Shown here: positions 9,164 through 18,061 of the stretch, piece by piece
Numbering within the stretch: position 1 is the first letter of the stretch
Layout: the number at the start of each line of letters is the position of its first letter
Assembly: GCA_045106895.1 (NCBI GenBank)
Contig: JBGCFM010000073.1
Span: 1-42,565 of the forward strand
Source: Polyangiales bacterium
GTDB lineage: Bacteria; Myxococcota_A; Polyangia; Polyangiales; Houyiibacteriaceae
Direction of reading: 5' to 3'
Length of the DNA stretch: 42,565 nt
The notes under the pieces: model-generated
What the model was told of the DNA's origin: nothing
The model's database searches: none
Seen by the model: the letters and a program-made list of their open reading frames with translations, nothing else
Program-made: the position numbers and the translations under genes

Positions 9164-9978
9164 ACGGGTTTGGGAGCCCTCTTTGGCTCGCGAAAGAACG
9201 ACCACAAACCCAGGGCCATGATCAGCAGCGAGACCAAGGCGCAGACGCCACCCCAAAACCAGTAGGGCAGGAAGAGCTGCTCGGCCATGGTGGCGACGTC
9301 CGAGGGCATGGGGCCAGTGGCCATCTGAGCGACGTCAGTGAAGAGGTAGTCGGAGCGAGAGAAGACGCTGAGCGCGAGCTGCGTGCCCAGGAAGAGGAGC
9401 GAGAGCTGCGCGGCCCAAGGCTTGGCTTTCGCGGCGAGGGCGAGGAAGAGGGTCGCGAGGCAGCCAACGAACATGAACCCAAATAGGTTCCGAACGACGA
9501 GCACCATCGACACAACGAGGGCTAGTGCGACCAGACCCATGGTGACTCTTGCGACCTTGGCTCGGCGCGCCAAGCCGAAGCAGAACGCCGATGCGAAGGC
9601 AGGGCCGACGAGTCCGCCCGCCGAGATGAACGCTCTCGCAAAGCGCCCCGGGTTTCCACGCCAATAGGCGAGACCGGACCCGTCCGACCACATCTCGAAC
9701 TTGTCGAAGTCGTTGCCGGTCAGCAGCGCTGCGATGCCGTGTCCCATCTCGTGAGCGAGGGTAGAGAGGAGCATCAAGGGATAGGCCACGTATCGTCCGT
9801 GAGGGACCATGTAGAGCCCAAACGTCGCCAGCACGCTCACGACGAGAAAGAGCTTGGCCCGGTCTCGGTCCACGTTGCTTTTGTCCGCTGTCCCCACTCT
9901 CTTCAAATGCGAGACGACGCGTATGTCGTCAAGCGCGGGAGTTGAAGAACCTAGAGCGGGATTCAATGAGCGCGGCAC
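9160..9978 (-). CDS. M50B-like membrane metallopeptidase
   Basis: 'LAHEMGH' HExxH inside a TM context, 'SAGGLVGP', and 'PSD' third-ligand region; multiple TM helices. Confidence 0.85.
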   Translation of the reverse strand: MPRSLNPALGSSTPALDDIRVVSHLKRVGTADKSNVDRDRAKLFLVVSVLATFGLYMVPHGRYVAYPLMLLSTLAHEMGHGIAALLTGNDFDKFEMWSDGSGLAYWRGNPGRFARAFISAGGLVGPAFASAFCFGLARRAKVARVTMGLVALALVVSMVLVVRNLFGFMFVGCLATLFLALAAKAKPWAAQLSLLFLGTQLALSVFSRSDYLFTDVAQMATGPMPSDVATMAEQLFLPYWFWGGVCALVSLLIMALGLWSFFREPKRAPKPV

Positions 9979-10026
9979 ACTTTTTCGTCAGGCCTCGCGA
10001 GCCCTGCCGTCGTCGAAATGCCGCTG

Positions 10027-10371
10027 CTAGTCCGCGAACACCAGCGAACCGCGGGAGCAATCCACATCGCCCCGCCAGAGTCGGAACACCACTTTCTGCG
10101 CTTTTCGTTCAAGATGCAGCCGCAGCACGTCCTTCGGGCGGAGCGCCGCGGTGAACTTCAGGCGGCGAATACCGACGCACGCACCAAGCTCGGGCCACGC
10201 GTGGCGTGCTCGCTCTTCCGCGAGAGAAACAACCTGGGCGACGCCAGGAACGATGGGGGCACCGGGAAAATGACCTTCGAGGTAACGCAGGTCCTCGGGG
10301 ATCACGACCTCTTCTTGCCAGACGACAGTGTCCGTCTCGAAGCTGCCGCCACGAAACTCAAACTCGCTCAT
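10027..10371 (-). CDS. ApeI-like FabA/Z-type dehydratase
   Basis: 'YLEGHFPGAPIVPGVAQV' and 'IRRLKFTAALRP'; 114 aa. Confidence 0.85.
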   Translation of the reverse strand: MSEFEFRGGSFETDTVVWQEEVVIPEDLRYLEGHFPGAPIVPGVAQVVSLAEERARHAWPELGACVGIRRLKFTAALRPKDVLRLHLERKAQKVVFRLWRGDVDCSRGSLVFAD

Positions 10372-10467
10372 TGGGGGTGCTCCCGCGGGACCCGCGTGGG
10401 GACTGAAGTTCGAGAAATCATCGGCGAGCTTCTAGCACTTCGCGCGGGCCGCAGCTACGAAGAGTGC

Positions 10468-11082
10468 ATGCTTCGAATCACGCTGGCTCTCATCGCCCTC
10501 TCTACGCTCCACGCGTGCGGTTCGCGTCAGGCTGTCCAGCCGATCCCTCCAGGCGAAGATGCATACCCCACCGTGCTCACGCCCGTGAGCGAGCTTGGTG
10601 GCGACTTTGCCATGCAGCAGGAGGTAACGATGGTGCACCCCGAGGGCGAGAATACGTTCAGCGCCGTGCTCCAGAAACAGGGAGACACGCTGACAATGAT
10701 GGCGCTTGGTCCTCATGGCGGTCGCGCATTTATGTTGGTTCAGCGCGGGACCGAGGTGGAGTACGAGAGCTTTATCTCCATCGAGTTTCCGTTTCCACCG
10801 CAGTACATCCTCCACGATATCCATCGGGCATGGTTCGCCCGGGTGGATCAAGCCGCCGCCGAGGGGGAGCGCATTGAAGAAGAGCGAGTGGATGGACACG
10901 TGATGGGCCGGACCTTCGAGCGGGTCGGCGAAGAAGAGCGAGGTCAGATTCGAGTGTCGTATGAAGGCGGCCTCGATGACGGTGCGCCGGTGAGCGCGCG
11001 TCCTCCGGAACACGCCACTCTCGAGAACGGATGGTTCGGATACACTGCCCGCATACACACGCGGGAGTGGCAAGCGCTGTAG
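10468..11082 (+). CDS. DUF3261-like lipoprotein (aryl-polyene cluster associated)
   Basis: Signal peptide with lipobox 'LHAC' from ATG 10468; 'FSAVLQ...LTMMALGPHGGRAF...FPPQYILHDIH...GYTARIHT' resembles DUF3261 proteins. Confidence 0.7.
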   Translation: MLRITLALIALSTLHACGSRQAVQPIPPGEDAYPTVLTPVSELGGDFAMQQEVTMVHPEGENTFSAVLQKQGDTLTMMALGPHGGRAFMLVQRGTEVEYESFISIEFPFPPQYILHDIHRAWFARVDQAAAEGERIEEERVDGHVMGRTFERVGEEERGQIRVSYEGGLDDGAPVSARPPEHATLENGWFGYTARIHTREWQAL

Positions 11083-11091
11083 GCGAGGAGC

Positions 11092-11904
11092 TCAGCTGGC
11101 AAGGAAGCGCACGGTGATGGCGCGCGCCTCAGGGTGATTCATGATCGTCGTGTGCAGGGCGGGCACGACGCGGTGCTCCGCGCAGCCCACCAAGCGGGTC
11201 TCTTCGACGCGAACGATACCGTCGTCGTCGCCGCTCAGTAGTGGGTTGATGCCGCGCCCATCGCGGAGACTGCCGGCGATGATCGCGAAGGGGATCGAGG
11301 GCTCTGGAACATCGACGCCGCGTGCGAGCTGTCGCGCGGATGGACCCATGAGCAGATGAAACGGCGCGGAGTCGAGGCGCTGGGCGAGGCGCGCGCTCGT
11401 GGACGGCGGCGCAAGCATCACCAGACGATGAGCGTTGAGGTGGGAGGGCCAGCCGGCGGCGAGCACGGTACGCGCGATGATGCCTCCGAGGCTGTGTGTG
11501 ACGAAGGAGATGCGGCTCTTTGCAGGGAGCTGACTGAGGACCTCTTGTACCGAGGCGGCGTGGGACTCAATGCCTTCTCGTGTCGACGCGTAGTCGAGGC
11601 GAATGGTCTGGTGTCCTTCGCCGCGCAAGGCTGCGTCCATGCCGGCAAGGCTTGATCGTCGGCGACCGAGCCCATGGAGGAGTACGACATAATCCGCCGC
11701 GGAATCGCCGATCGGCGGCAAGGCTTCCACACAGTGCTCAAAAGAGCCCGCGGCGACGCGTCGGTCGTCAGCGTCGAGAGTTCGGTGATGTCCTCGGCGC
11801 GCGCCGACAAAGCGCTGAACTCGAAAGCCCTGGGAGTAGCGGCGGTCCGTCCACCACTGCCCGCCTCCAAGCGTTGGGACTCCCCTTGTTGTTCGCGCGG
11901 GCAT
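11092..11904 (-). CDS. Alpha/beta hydrolase (lipase/esterase-like)
   Basis: 'VVLLHGLGR', nucleophile elbow 'THSLGG', 'DDGIVRVEET', and 'HTTIMN'. Confidence 0.85.
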   Translation of the reverse strand: MPARTTRGVPTLGGGQWWTDRRYSQGFRVQRFVGARRGHHRTLDADDRRVAAGSFEHCVEALPPIGDSAADYVVLLHGLGRRRSSLAGMDAALRGEGHQTIRLDYASTREGIESHAASVQEVLSQLPAKSRISFVTHSLGGIIARTVLAAGWPSHLNAHRLVMLAPPSTSARLAQRLDSAPFHLLMGPSARQLARGVDVPEPSIPFAIIAGSLRDGRGINPLLSGDDDGIVRVEETRLVGCAEHRVVPALHTTIMNHPEARAITVRFLAS

Positions 11905-11916
11905 CGGTCTAGACGC

Positions 11917-14319
11917 TCAGTCGCAGCGCTCGATGAAGTCTCGGACGTCGTCTGCGTTTTCACTTCGAGGAGCCGCCAGGAGGTAACGTCGTGCGAGTCC
12001 GCAGCCTTCTTCGTTCGCACCGGCGCTCCGTGCGAGCAGCCACCAGGCTCTCGGGACAGGCCTCGGGAGCGTCGCCGCCGCACGAAGATGCTCTTCTGGG
12101 TCTTGTCGAGTCCGGGCCGCAACATCAGCCAGGAGCATGTGTGCCTCGGCCATGGTCGGTGCCGCTTCGATGGCACGCTGCGCGTAGGACCGTGCCGATG
12201 GGTAGCGGCCGAGGTTCGCTTCGATACGGCCACGAACCACGAGGAGGCGTGGATGATTCACCGCAGGGGAGGGTGCGCCCTCTTCCGCGTCTGCGGGTCG
12301 GGCGGCGTCGAGGGCTGAGCGCATCGCCTCGTTTGCTTTGTTCGTACGACCGTCCATCGCCCAGGCGAGCGCACGACCCAAAAAGGCTTCGACGCGGTCG
12401 TGTCCGAGCACGCGTGATTGGTCGAACATGCCAACTGAGCGAGGATAGAGTTCGGCCTGCAGGAGTAGCTCTGCGATGGCCCTGCGCAGCGAAGAGTCGC
12501 CGCGTGTGTCCCGGCGTCGCTTGACGCGTTCAACGGCCCTCAGGGCTCCGTAACCAGCGCCGGAGTCAACCAATGTTCGAACTCGCAACAGCGCGAGCTC
12601 ATGAGTCTCACGAAGGTCCGCGGCGTCGACGCGCGCCAGCATAGCGACGGCCTCTTCGACGTCACCGGCTTCGATGAGAATGTCGAGCATTCCGACGAGG
12701 GCGCCGGGATGGGCTTCTTCTTGAGCGAGCGTCGCCGTGTATGCCGCGCGCGCGATGTCGGAGTTGTTCGCAAAGCGAGCGGCGTCACCGCGTCGACTCT
12801 GCACGCTCACATTGTCGCCGTCGATCTCGGCGGCTTGGTTGAGGACCGTGAGAGCCCCCGGCCAGTCCTCGGCGCCGAGCCGTACGTCCGCCATGGGCAA
12901 CAGCGTACGAATGTCATTCGGTGTGGCGTCAAGGGCGGCGGAAGCGGCGGCGCTGGCTTCGTCTTGTGCGTCCGCGAAGAGGAGAGCAGCGACATTGTCC
13001 CGTGCGAACGCCGGGTGGGCGGGGGATGCTTCGAGGGAGATACGCGCCGCGGCGGCGGCGGCCTCTGCATTGTCCGCCGCGACCTCAATGCGCGCGATGA
13101 GCGCTTGAGCTTCGCTGATGAACACGCCCTCGCTTGCGGAAGCGGCGGACGTACGCGCGCCGTCGAGGTCTTCTCGGAGTAGCTGTGCGTGAGCCACGAG
13201 GAGGTGAGCGTCGGGGGTGCCAGGAACCGTGGAGAGCACCTCGATGACGCCGTTTGCGTTGCCTTCGGACAGAGCGATGCGTGCTTGGACACGCGCTCGC
13301 ACGCCGACGTCAGCGACGGGGGCGGCGGCGTCGACGTCAGCGACGGCCGCGCGCGCTGCGCTCACATCTCCGGCGATGAGAAGAGTCTCCGCGGCGTGCC
13401 AACGAAAGAGCGCGTCCCCGGGTGGCGGCGAAGTCAGCGCTGCGCCCACGCTCTCGATGGCGGCGGAGGACAGTCCTCGATGGGCTTCGTCCATGGCCTT
13501 GGCCAAGGTGCACCAGCCGCGCTCCGCCTGCGTGAGATCATCTCGACTGAGACATCCGTTGGCCGCTTCGATGGCGGGCCGATGTGCGATGGCTAAGATT
13601 CGCGCTTTCGCCGAACTTTCGTTCGGAGTGTCGCCGGCGCAGTGCGTGAGCGCGTCATCGATTTGCCCAAGGTGAGCCTGGGCGAGAGCGAGGGCCGCTT
13701 CGTAGCGCGCCACGGACAGGGTGCCGACGGCGGCGGCGGCCTGTTGCACTCCCACCGTCGCGTTTCCGTTGGCGAGAGCCGCGAGGCCTTTGGCGTGAGC
13801 CGTCTCGGGACCGTAGGTTCCCGCCGCCGAGAGAATGGCGCCGGCGGATTCGAGTGCGTCGGCGGTTCTGCCTTCAGCGAGGGCGAGGTAAATACTTGCC
13901 TTCAGTCGTTCAGCCGCGGAGTCGGAGTCGCTCGCTTCAACGGCTTCAATGGCGGCGCGGGCTTCTTCGATGGGTCGGGCGCCAGCAAGGACAGACATGG
14001 CGATGAGCCGCGCCCGAAGTCCTGGGGACTCGCCATCGTCCAAGGTGTCCAGTGCATTGTCGATGTCCGCCGGCCGACCGGATGCTCCCGCGGCGAGTGC
14101 GCTCTCTTCGACGGAATGCGCATGCCAGAAGAAGCGGACGGCCCAGGCCGAAAGCAGGGCCAAGATCGCGACGACGACGGTAACGGCGATACGCCGCGTT
14201 CGTTGCTTTCGCTGCTCGTCCGGAGGCAAGACGATTTCGCCCACGGGCGCGATGCTCGTGGTGGAATCAACCTGGGCGACCGAAAAGAGGTCCGAGGGTT
14301 CACGGTTGGGATCGCTCAC
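11917..14319 (-). CDS. Large membrane-anchored TPR-repeat protein
   Basis: Single N-terminal TM ('IAVTVVVAILALLSAWAV') followed by Ala-rich TPR-like helical repeats; 800 aa. Confidence 0.7.
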   Translation of the reverse strand: MSDPNREPSDLFSVAQVDSTTSIAPVGEIVLPPDEQRKQRTRRIAVTVVVAILALLSAWAVRFFWHAHSVEESALAAGASGRPADIDNALDTLDDGESPGLRARLIAMSVLAGARPIEEARAAIEAVEASDSDSAAERLKASIYLALAEGRTADALESAGAILSAAGTYGPETAHAKGLAALANGNATVGVQQAAAAVGTLSVARYEAALALAQAHLGQIDDALTHCAGDTPNESSAKARILAIAHRPAIEAANGCLSRDDLTQAERGWCTLAKAMDEAHRGLSSAAIESVGAALTSPPPGDALFRWHAAETLLIAGDVSAARAAVADVDAAAPVADVGVRARVQARIALSEGNANGVIEVLSTVPGTPDAHLLVAHAQLLREDLDGARTSAASASEGVFISEAQALIARIEVAADNAEAAAAAARISLEASPAHPAFARDNVAALLFADAQDEASAAASAALDATPNDIRTLLPMADVRLGAEDWPGALTVLNQAAEIDGDNVSVQSRRGDAARFANNSDIARAAYTATLAQEEAHPGALVGMLDILIEAGDVEEAVAMLARVDAADLRETHELALLRVRTLVDSGAGYGALRAVERVKRRRDTRGDSSLRRAIAELLLQAELYPRSVGMFDQSRVLGHDRVEAFLGRALAWAMDGRTNKANEAMRSALDAARPADAEEGAPSPAVNHPRLLVVRGRIEANLGRYPSARSYAQRAIEAAPTMAEAHMLLADVAARTRQDPEEHLRAAATLPRPVPRAWWLLARSAGANEEGCGLARRYLLAAPRSENADDVRDFIERCD

Positions 14320-14425
14320 TCTGCCGCCATCATCGCGTTAGATCCGGCCTGGGTGCAAGGTTTCTCCTACGACTAGGGTCTACGGTCTTGCGAAGGGTCC
14401 AACTAGCCCCCACGTTGGGTACGTC

Positions 14426-15043
14426 GTGCCCCTTCCTCGATTCGCGAAGCTCCCTGAAGATCGCCGCCGTTCGATCCTCGATGCAGCCCGCGTTGAGTTT
14501 GCCGCCGAGGGCTTTGCCGACGCCAGCTACAACCGAATCATCGCCGCCACGGGAATCAGCAAAGGGGCGATGTACTACTACTTCGCGGACAAGGCCGATC
14601 TTTACACCGCGGTTCTCGAGGACGTCCTCGACGGCATCGAAGCCGTCGCTTTGGAAGCAGGACCGCTGCCGACCACGAGCCCGGACGAGTTTTGGGCGTC
14701 GCTTCGCGGGCGCGCTCTCGAGCTGGCTGTGGCTGTAGAGGCGGACAGCGAGCTCGCCGCCATCGGTCATCGTTTGTACTCCAGCGGCGTTGGTGTGCAG
14801 CACATCACCACACGCGTGTCCCGCTGGATCTGTTCGCTCTTGGCCGTCGGGCAAGAGTGCGACGCCGTCCGTGTCGACATGTCGATGGAGATACTGGCCC
14901 ACGCCACCACGGGTCTGATGATGGGTCTTGACCGCTATATGGCGTCACACGCAGCTCAGCTGTCGGACGCCGAGAAGCTTGAAGCTTCCTCCCACGCCAT
15001 GCAGCTGTGCGAAGATCTTCTTCGGGTTCCTCCGCGCCCATAG
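14426..15043 (+). CDS. TetR/AcrR family transcriptional regulator
   Basis: 'ILDAARVEFAAEGFADASYNRIIAATGISKGAMYYYFADKADL' HTH. Confidence 0.93.
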   Translation: MPLPRFAKLPEDRRRSILDAARVEFAAEGFADASYNRIIAATGISKGAMYYYFADKADLYTAVLEDVLDGIEAVALEAGPLPTTSPDEFWASLRGRALELAVAVEADSELAAIGHRLYSSGVGVQHITTRVSRWICSLLAVGQECDAVRVDMSMEILAHATTGLMMGLDRYMASHAAQLSDAEKLEASSHAMQLCEDLLRVPPRP

Positions 15044-15055
15044 GTGGCACGTTCG

Positions 15056-15349
15056 TCAGCCGACGAACTGGACGCCTTCTCGCAGCAATCCCATCCACGT
15101 CTTCCGGTTGGCTTTCGGTACGGAGAGCCACTCGCGAAAAATCTTCCCGGCCGGTCCGAAGGGCTGACCCTTTCCCGCCTCGATGAGTTCCGCGACACGG
15201 CTCTTCGGGAGCTTCACCACCAAGCCAGACCCCTTGCCGACGCGAAGACAAGGGCCACCCATGATGGTGCCTTCCATGACGCGCGAGTCCTCTTCGTAGA
15301 GTTCCTCGGCGAGTCTCCAAAAGAGCTTCTCTGGGTCGGGGGCGGGCAT
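15056..15349 (-). CDS. Small TfoX/MmcQ(YjbR)-like protein
   Basis: 'GLVVKLPKSRVAELIEAGKGQPF...FREWLSV' pattern. Confidence 0.55.
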   Translation of the reverse strand: MPAPDPEKLFWRLAEELYEEDSRVMEGTIMGGPCLRVGKGSGLVVKLPKSRVAELIEAGKGQPFGPAGKIFREWLSVPKANRKTWMGLLREGVQFVG

Positions 15350-15499
15350 AGGGGAGAGGGTGCCACCCCAGCTTCGCGCCTGGGCGCGTAATTCACGACG
15401 AGTGTAAAAGCGGCTACACGGCCGGAATTGGATCGCCCGCTATTTGTCGGTGTTTTTGTGTCGGATGGCGCAGGCATGGGGCTTGCGATGCATAGCGTC

Positions 15500-15910
15500 A
15501 TGACCAAACCAGCATCACGTCTCACAGATCTGTTCACACGACTGATGGGCGCTCTTGGCATCGGCGGCCTGGCGACCCTCGTGGACCTAGGGCTGCTTTT
15601 GGTCCTCGTGGAAATTCTTGGGCTCTCACCAGAAGCCGCGAACGTTCCGGCGCTTTTGGGAGGCGCCGTCGTGCAGTTCGTTGGGTGTCGACAGCTGGTC
15701 TTCAGAAAGGGCAAGCGAAGCGTGCGCTCGACACTCCTGCCTTTCGCGATTGTCGAGGTGGGTACGCTCTTGCTCAACGCGTTCCTCTTCGTCGCGCTGG
15801 TCAGGTTGTTACCCGTTCCGTACGCGGCGCTGCGTCTCCTAACGACCTTCGTCGTTTTTGTCGGCTTTAGTTTTCCGGCGTGGCACTGGGTGTTCGCACC
15901 AAAGAGCTAG
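15500..15910 (+). CDS. GtrA family membrane protein
   Basis: Four TM helices; 'GIGGLATLVDLGLL', 'QFVGCRQLVF', 'FPAWHWVF'. Start uncertain (15476/15488/15500). Confidence 0.8.
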   Translation: MTKPASRLTDLFTRLMGALGIGGLATLVDLGLLLVLVEILGLSPEAANVPALLGGAVVQFVGCRQLVFRKGKRSVRSTLLPFAIVEVGTLLLNAFLFVALVRLLPVPYAALRLLTTFVVFVGFSFPAWHWVFAPKS

Positions 15911-16068
15911 AGCCCATCTCATAACTACGCACGGCCAAATTGCGGCCGGAGCACGCCGCCTTCGCTCATCCCCTCAGCTCAAAAATGCACCACAGTTCAT
16001 CGCTTCGCGGACAGCAAAATCGAAGCACTCTGACCAAAATGTGGCCGCAGTTATGAGATGGGCTCTAG
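15907..16068. mobile_element. MITE-like non-autonomous element with perfect terminal inverted repeats
   Basis: 15907-15926 CTAGAGCCCATCTCATAACT is the exact reverse complement of 16049-16068 AGTTATGAGATGGGCTCTAG. The interior is relatively A-rich with no credible ORF. Both ends carry CTAG, consistent with a TA or CTAG target duplication. Confidence 0.8.
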
Positions 16069-16634
16069 TTCGCGCTGGCTACTCGCGCGCGCCGAAGCGC
16101 GAGGTCGTAGGCATGTGCGACACGTCGGTCGTTCGCCTGGACGACGTCCCACGCGACGACGCGACGTAGGGCCTCTTCTTGCACAGAGAGCCGGGCGTAC
16201 TCTCTAGCGCTACAACGGAACCGTGGGACGGCGGTGCCGCTCGGTCCGTCGGAGGCGCCCAGGGAGCGGGCGCAGCGATCGAGCGTCAGCTGAGCACTCG
16301 CCAGAGCGTCGTCGAAGCGACCCATCGCTTGGTAACCATCGGCGAGCGCGCGGCCGAGCGCAGGGTGCTCGAGAGTGGTGGGTTCGACGGAGCGAAGTGC
16401 CGCGATGGCCGCGGCGGGCCGGTGAGCAGCCAGGTAGGCCGTGCTCAGTTCGCGAAGCGCAGGAATGTCGCTGGGGTCTTCATGAAGCTGACGTTCCAGC
16501 GAGCCTAGGCGCTGAGCATTGGAGTGCGAGAAGTCCGTTTGGATTTCATCGGGGGTCAGCGCCATCCACGTGAGGCCGAGCCCCACGATCACAACCAAGT
16601 TGATTCCTAGCTCCATGATTCTGCCTGACGCCAT
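16065..16634 (-). CDS. Hypothetical membrane-anchored protein with TPR-like segment
   Basis: N-terminal TM, then 'PSDIPALRELSTAYLAAHRPAAAIAAL' and 'LADGYQAMGRFDDAL'. Confidence 0.6.
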   Translation of the reverse strand: MASGRIMELGINLVVIVGLGLTWMALTPDEIQTDFSHSNAQRLGSLERQLHEDPSDIPALRELSTAYLAAHRPAAAIAALRSVEPTTLEHPALGRALADGYQAMGRFDDALASAQLTLDRCARSLGASDGPSGTAVPRFRCSAREYARLSVQEEALRRVVAWDVVQANDRRVAHAYDLALRRARVASAN

Positions 16635-16713
16635 CAGGCTTCAGAAGTTCCCACCCACGCATCTTTTTTTCGTCACGACGAGAAACCAAGCGCTTTTAGG
16701 CAAAAACGGGCGC

Positions 16714-17121
16714 TCAGAAATCGGTGGGGGATTGGGCAAGGTAGTCCCGAACCGCTTCGAGAGCTTCTTCACGTGTTGCGAAGAGGTTGCTGTCGGCGCC
16801 GTGGAGCGCGTAGCTCGTATTGATGGAGGTGCGGGTCCACGCATCTCCTCCGTAGCGGAACGAGATGTGGGCGTGGTCCGACAGCACACGCGAGCGGACG
16901 GCGCCAAACGCGGAGGCAGCGCGCGGGTGCACGTGGAGCTCTTCGAGGTTGATAAGCAAAATGAGGTTGGTGCCGAAGGCGTTGAGCTTCGCTCGGACTT
17001 TGCTCTCCCACGTCTCAACGTCGGCGCGATTGGTGATGTGGACGTCGCCAAAACGAGCCTCCACGACGTCGTCGAGTCCGGGAACCCGAACAAAGTCGAA
17101 GGTCCAGGTCTCGTCAGACAT
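16714..17121 (-). CDS. Hypothetical protein (STAS/SEC14-like small alpha/beta domain)
   Basis: 135 aa with genome-like codon usage; C-terminal 'LFATREEALEAV' typical of this fold family. Confidence 0.55.
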   Translation of the reverse strand: MSDETWTFDFVRVPGLDDVVEARFGDVHITNRADVETWESKVRAKLNAFGTNLILLINLEELHVHPRAASAFGAVRSRVLSDHAHISFRYGGDAWTRTSINTSYALHGADSNLFATREEALEAVRDYLAQSPTDF

Positions 17122-17139
17122 GCGTGAAGGCCGTCAGCA

Positions 17140-17922
17140 CTAGTCGGGGATTCCCGTGAGAAACGCCTCGAGGATTGCGGTGGTCTCCGACGGGCGCTCC
17201 GCGAGGGGATAGTGACCCGGTCCCGTCAAGTAGGCTTGGCGCGCAGACTTGATCGGTGATGTCACGTGCTCACGCAAGATCTCGGGACTCAGGAATGGGT
17301 CGTCCGTCGCCAAAACGAGGGTCGGCGCCGTAATGTTCGAAAGAGCGTCTGAGAAGCCACCGGCAACCCACGCGTCGAAGGCCTGTTCGATGCAGGCGGT
17401 GGAGACGTTGGCGGCGTCCGCGACGAGGACTTCTTTGACGCTCGCGTCGAGTTGCTTCGTCGCGGCGTCGAGGATTCCAGCTTGGGCGGCGCGGCTGACA
17501 CCGGACCCACGGAACATCGTGCTGACTTCATCCGGCAGAGGAACACCTCCTGCGGGCACTGGGTTGATGAGCGCGAGGGCTCGAACGCGGGCGGGGTAGT
17601 GCGCAGCGATGTGCTGCGCGGTCTGACCGCCCATGGAGTGTCCGACGATGGTGAAGCGTTCGACGCCGAGCCCATCCATCAAGGAGAGCGCGTCTGCCGC
17701 GTAGTCGCTGAGCGCGTAGCCGGTTTCGGGCTTGTGACTATTCCCGGTGCCGCGCTGGTCAGGAACGATGAAGGTGGTGTTCCCGACGGCGAGCGTCTCA
17801 TGCACCCAGTCCCAGACTTTTCCAGAGACCATCCAGCCGTGGAGGAAGAGGATGACTCGATCACCGTCTCCGACCTTGCGGTATTCGATGACCTCGCCAT
17901 TCGAGTTCTTATGCTGCTCCAT
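17140..17922 (-). CDS. Alpha/beta fold hydrolase
   Basis: 'LFLHGW', 'PDQRGTGNS', 'GHSMGG', 'GHYPLAERP'. RBS GGAGG upstream. Confidence 0.92.
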   Translation of the reverse strand: MEQHKNSNGEVIEYRKVGDGDRVILFLHGWMVSGKVWDWVHETLAVGNTTFIVPDQRGTGNSHKPETGYALSDYAADALSLMDGLGVERFTIVGHSMGGQTAQHIAAHYPARVRALALINPVPAGGVPLPDEVSTMFRGSGVSRAAQAGILDAATKQLDASVKEVLVADAANVSTACIEQAFDAWVAGGFSDALSNITAPTLVLATDDPFLSPEILREHVTSPIKSARQAYLTGPGHYPLAERPSETTAILEAFLTGIPD

Positions 17923-17987
17923 ATTGCCTCCCCCGAGCGACTATGCGCTCCAACACGTTCCCCGCTCACGTAAGGTCGCGCACACAC

Positions 17988-18025
17988 GACAAAGCCCGCA
18001 ACTCTTTTCTGAGGCGGGCTTTGTC
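17988..18025 (-). terminator. Probable intrinsic terminator downstream of metK
   Basis: 12-bp perfect inverted repeat GACAAAGCCCGC / GCGGGCTTTGTC about 36 bp after the metK stop. Confidence 0.7.
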
Positions 18026-18061
18026 CGTGAAGCCTGGGAGGCCCAGGTTGTGTTCGAGAAG

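Noticed and set aside
10018..10467. N-terminal extension of ORF 10018..11082
   Set aside because: It overlaps the ApeI-like gene on the opposite strand. The lipoprotein signal peptide starts at ATG 10468.
14350..14425. TetR autoregulatory operator in the divergent intergenic region
   Set aside because: Only weak, imperfect symmetry around GACTAGGGTCTACGGTC; not convincing.
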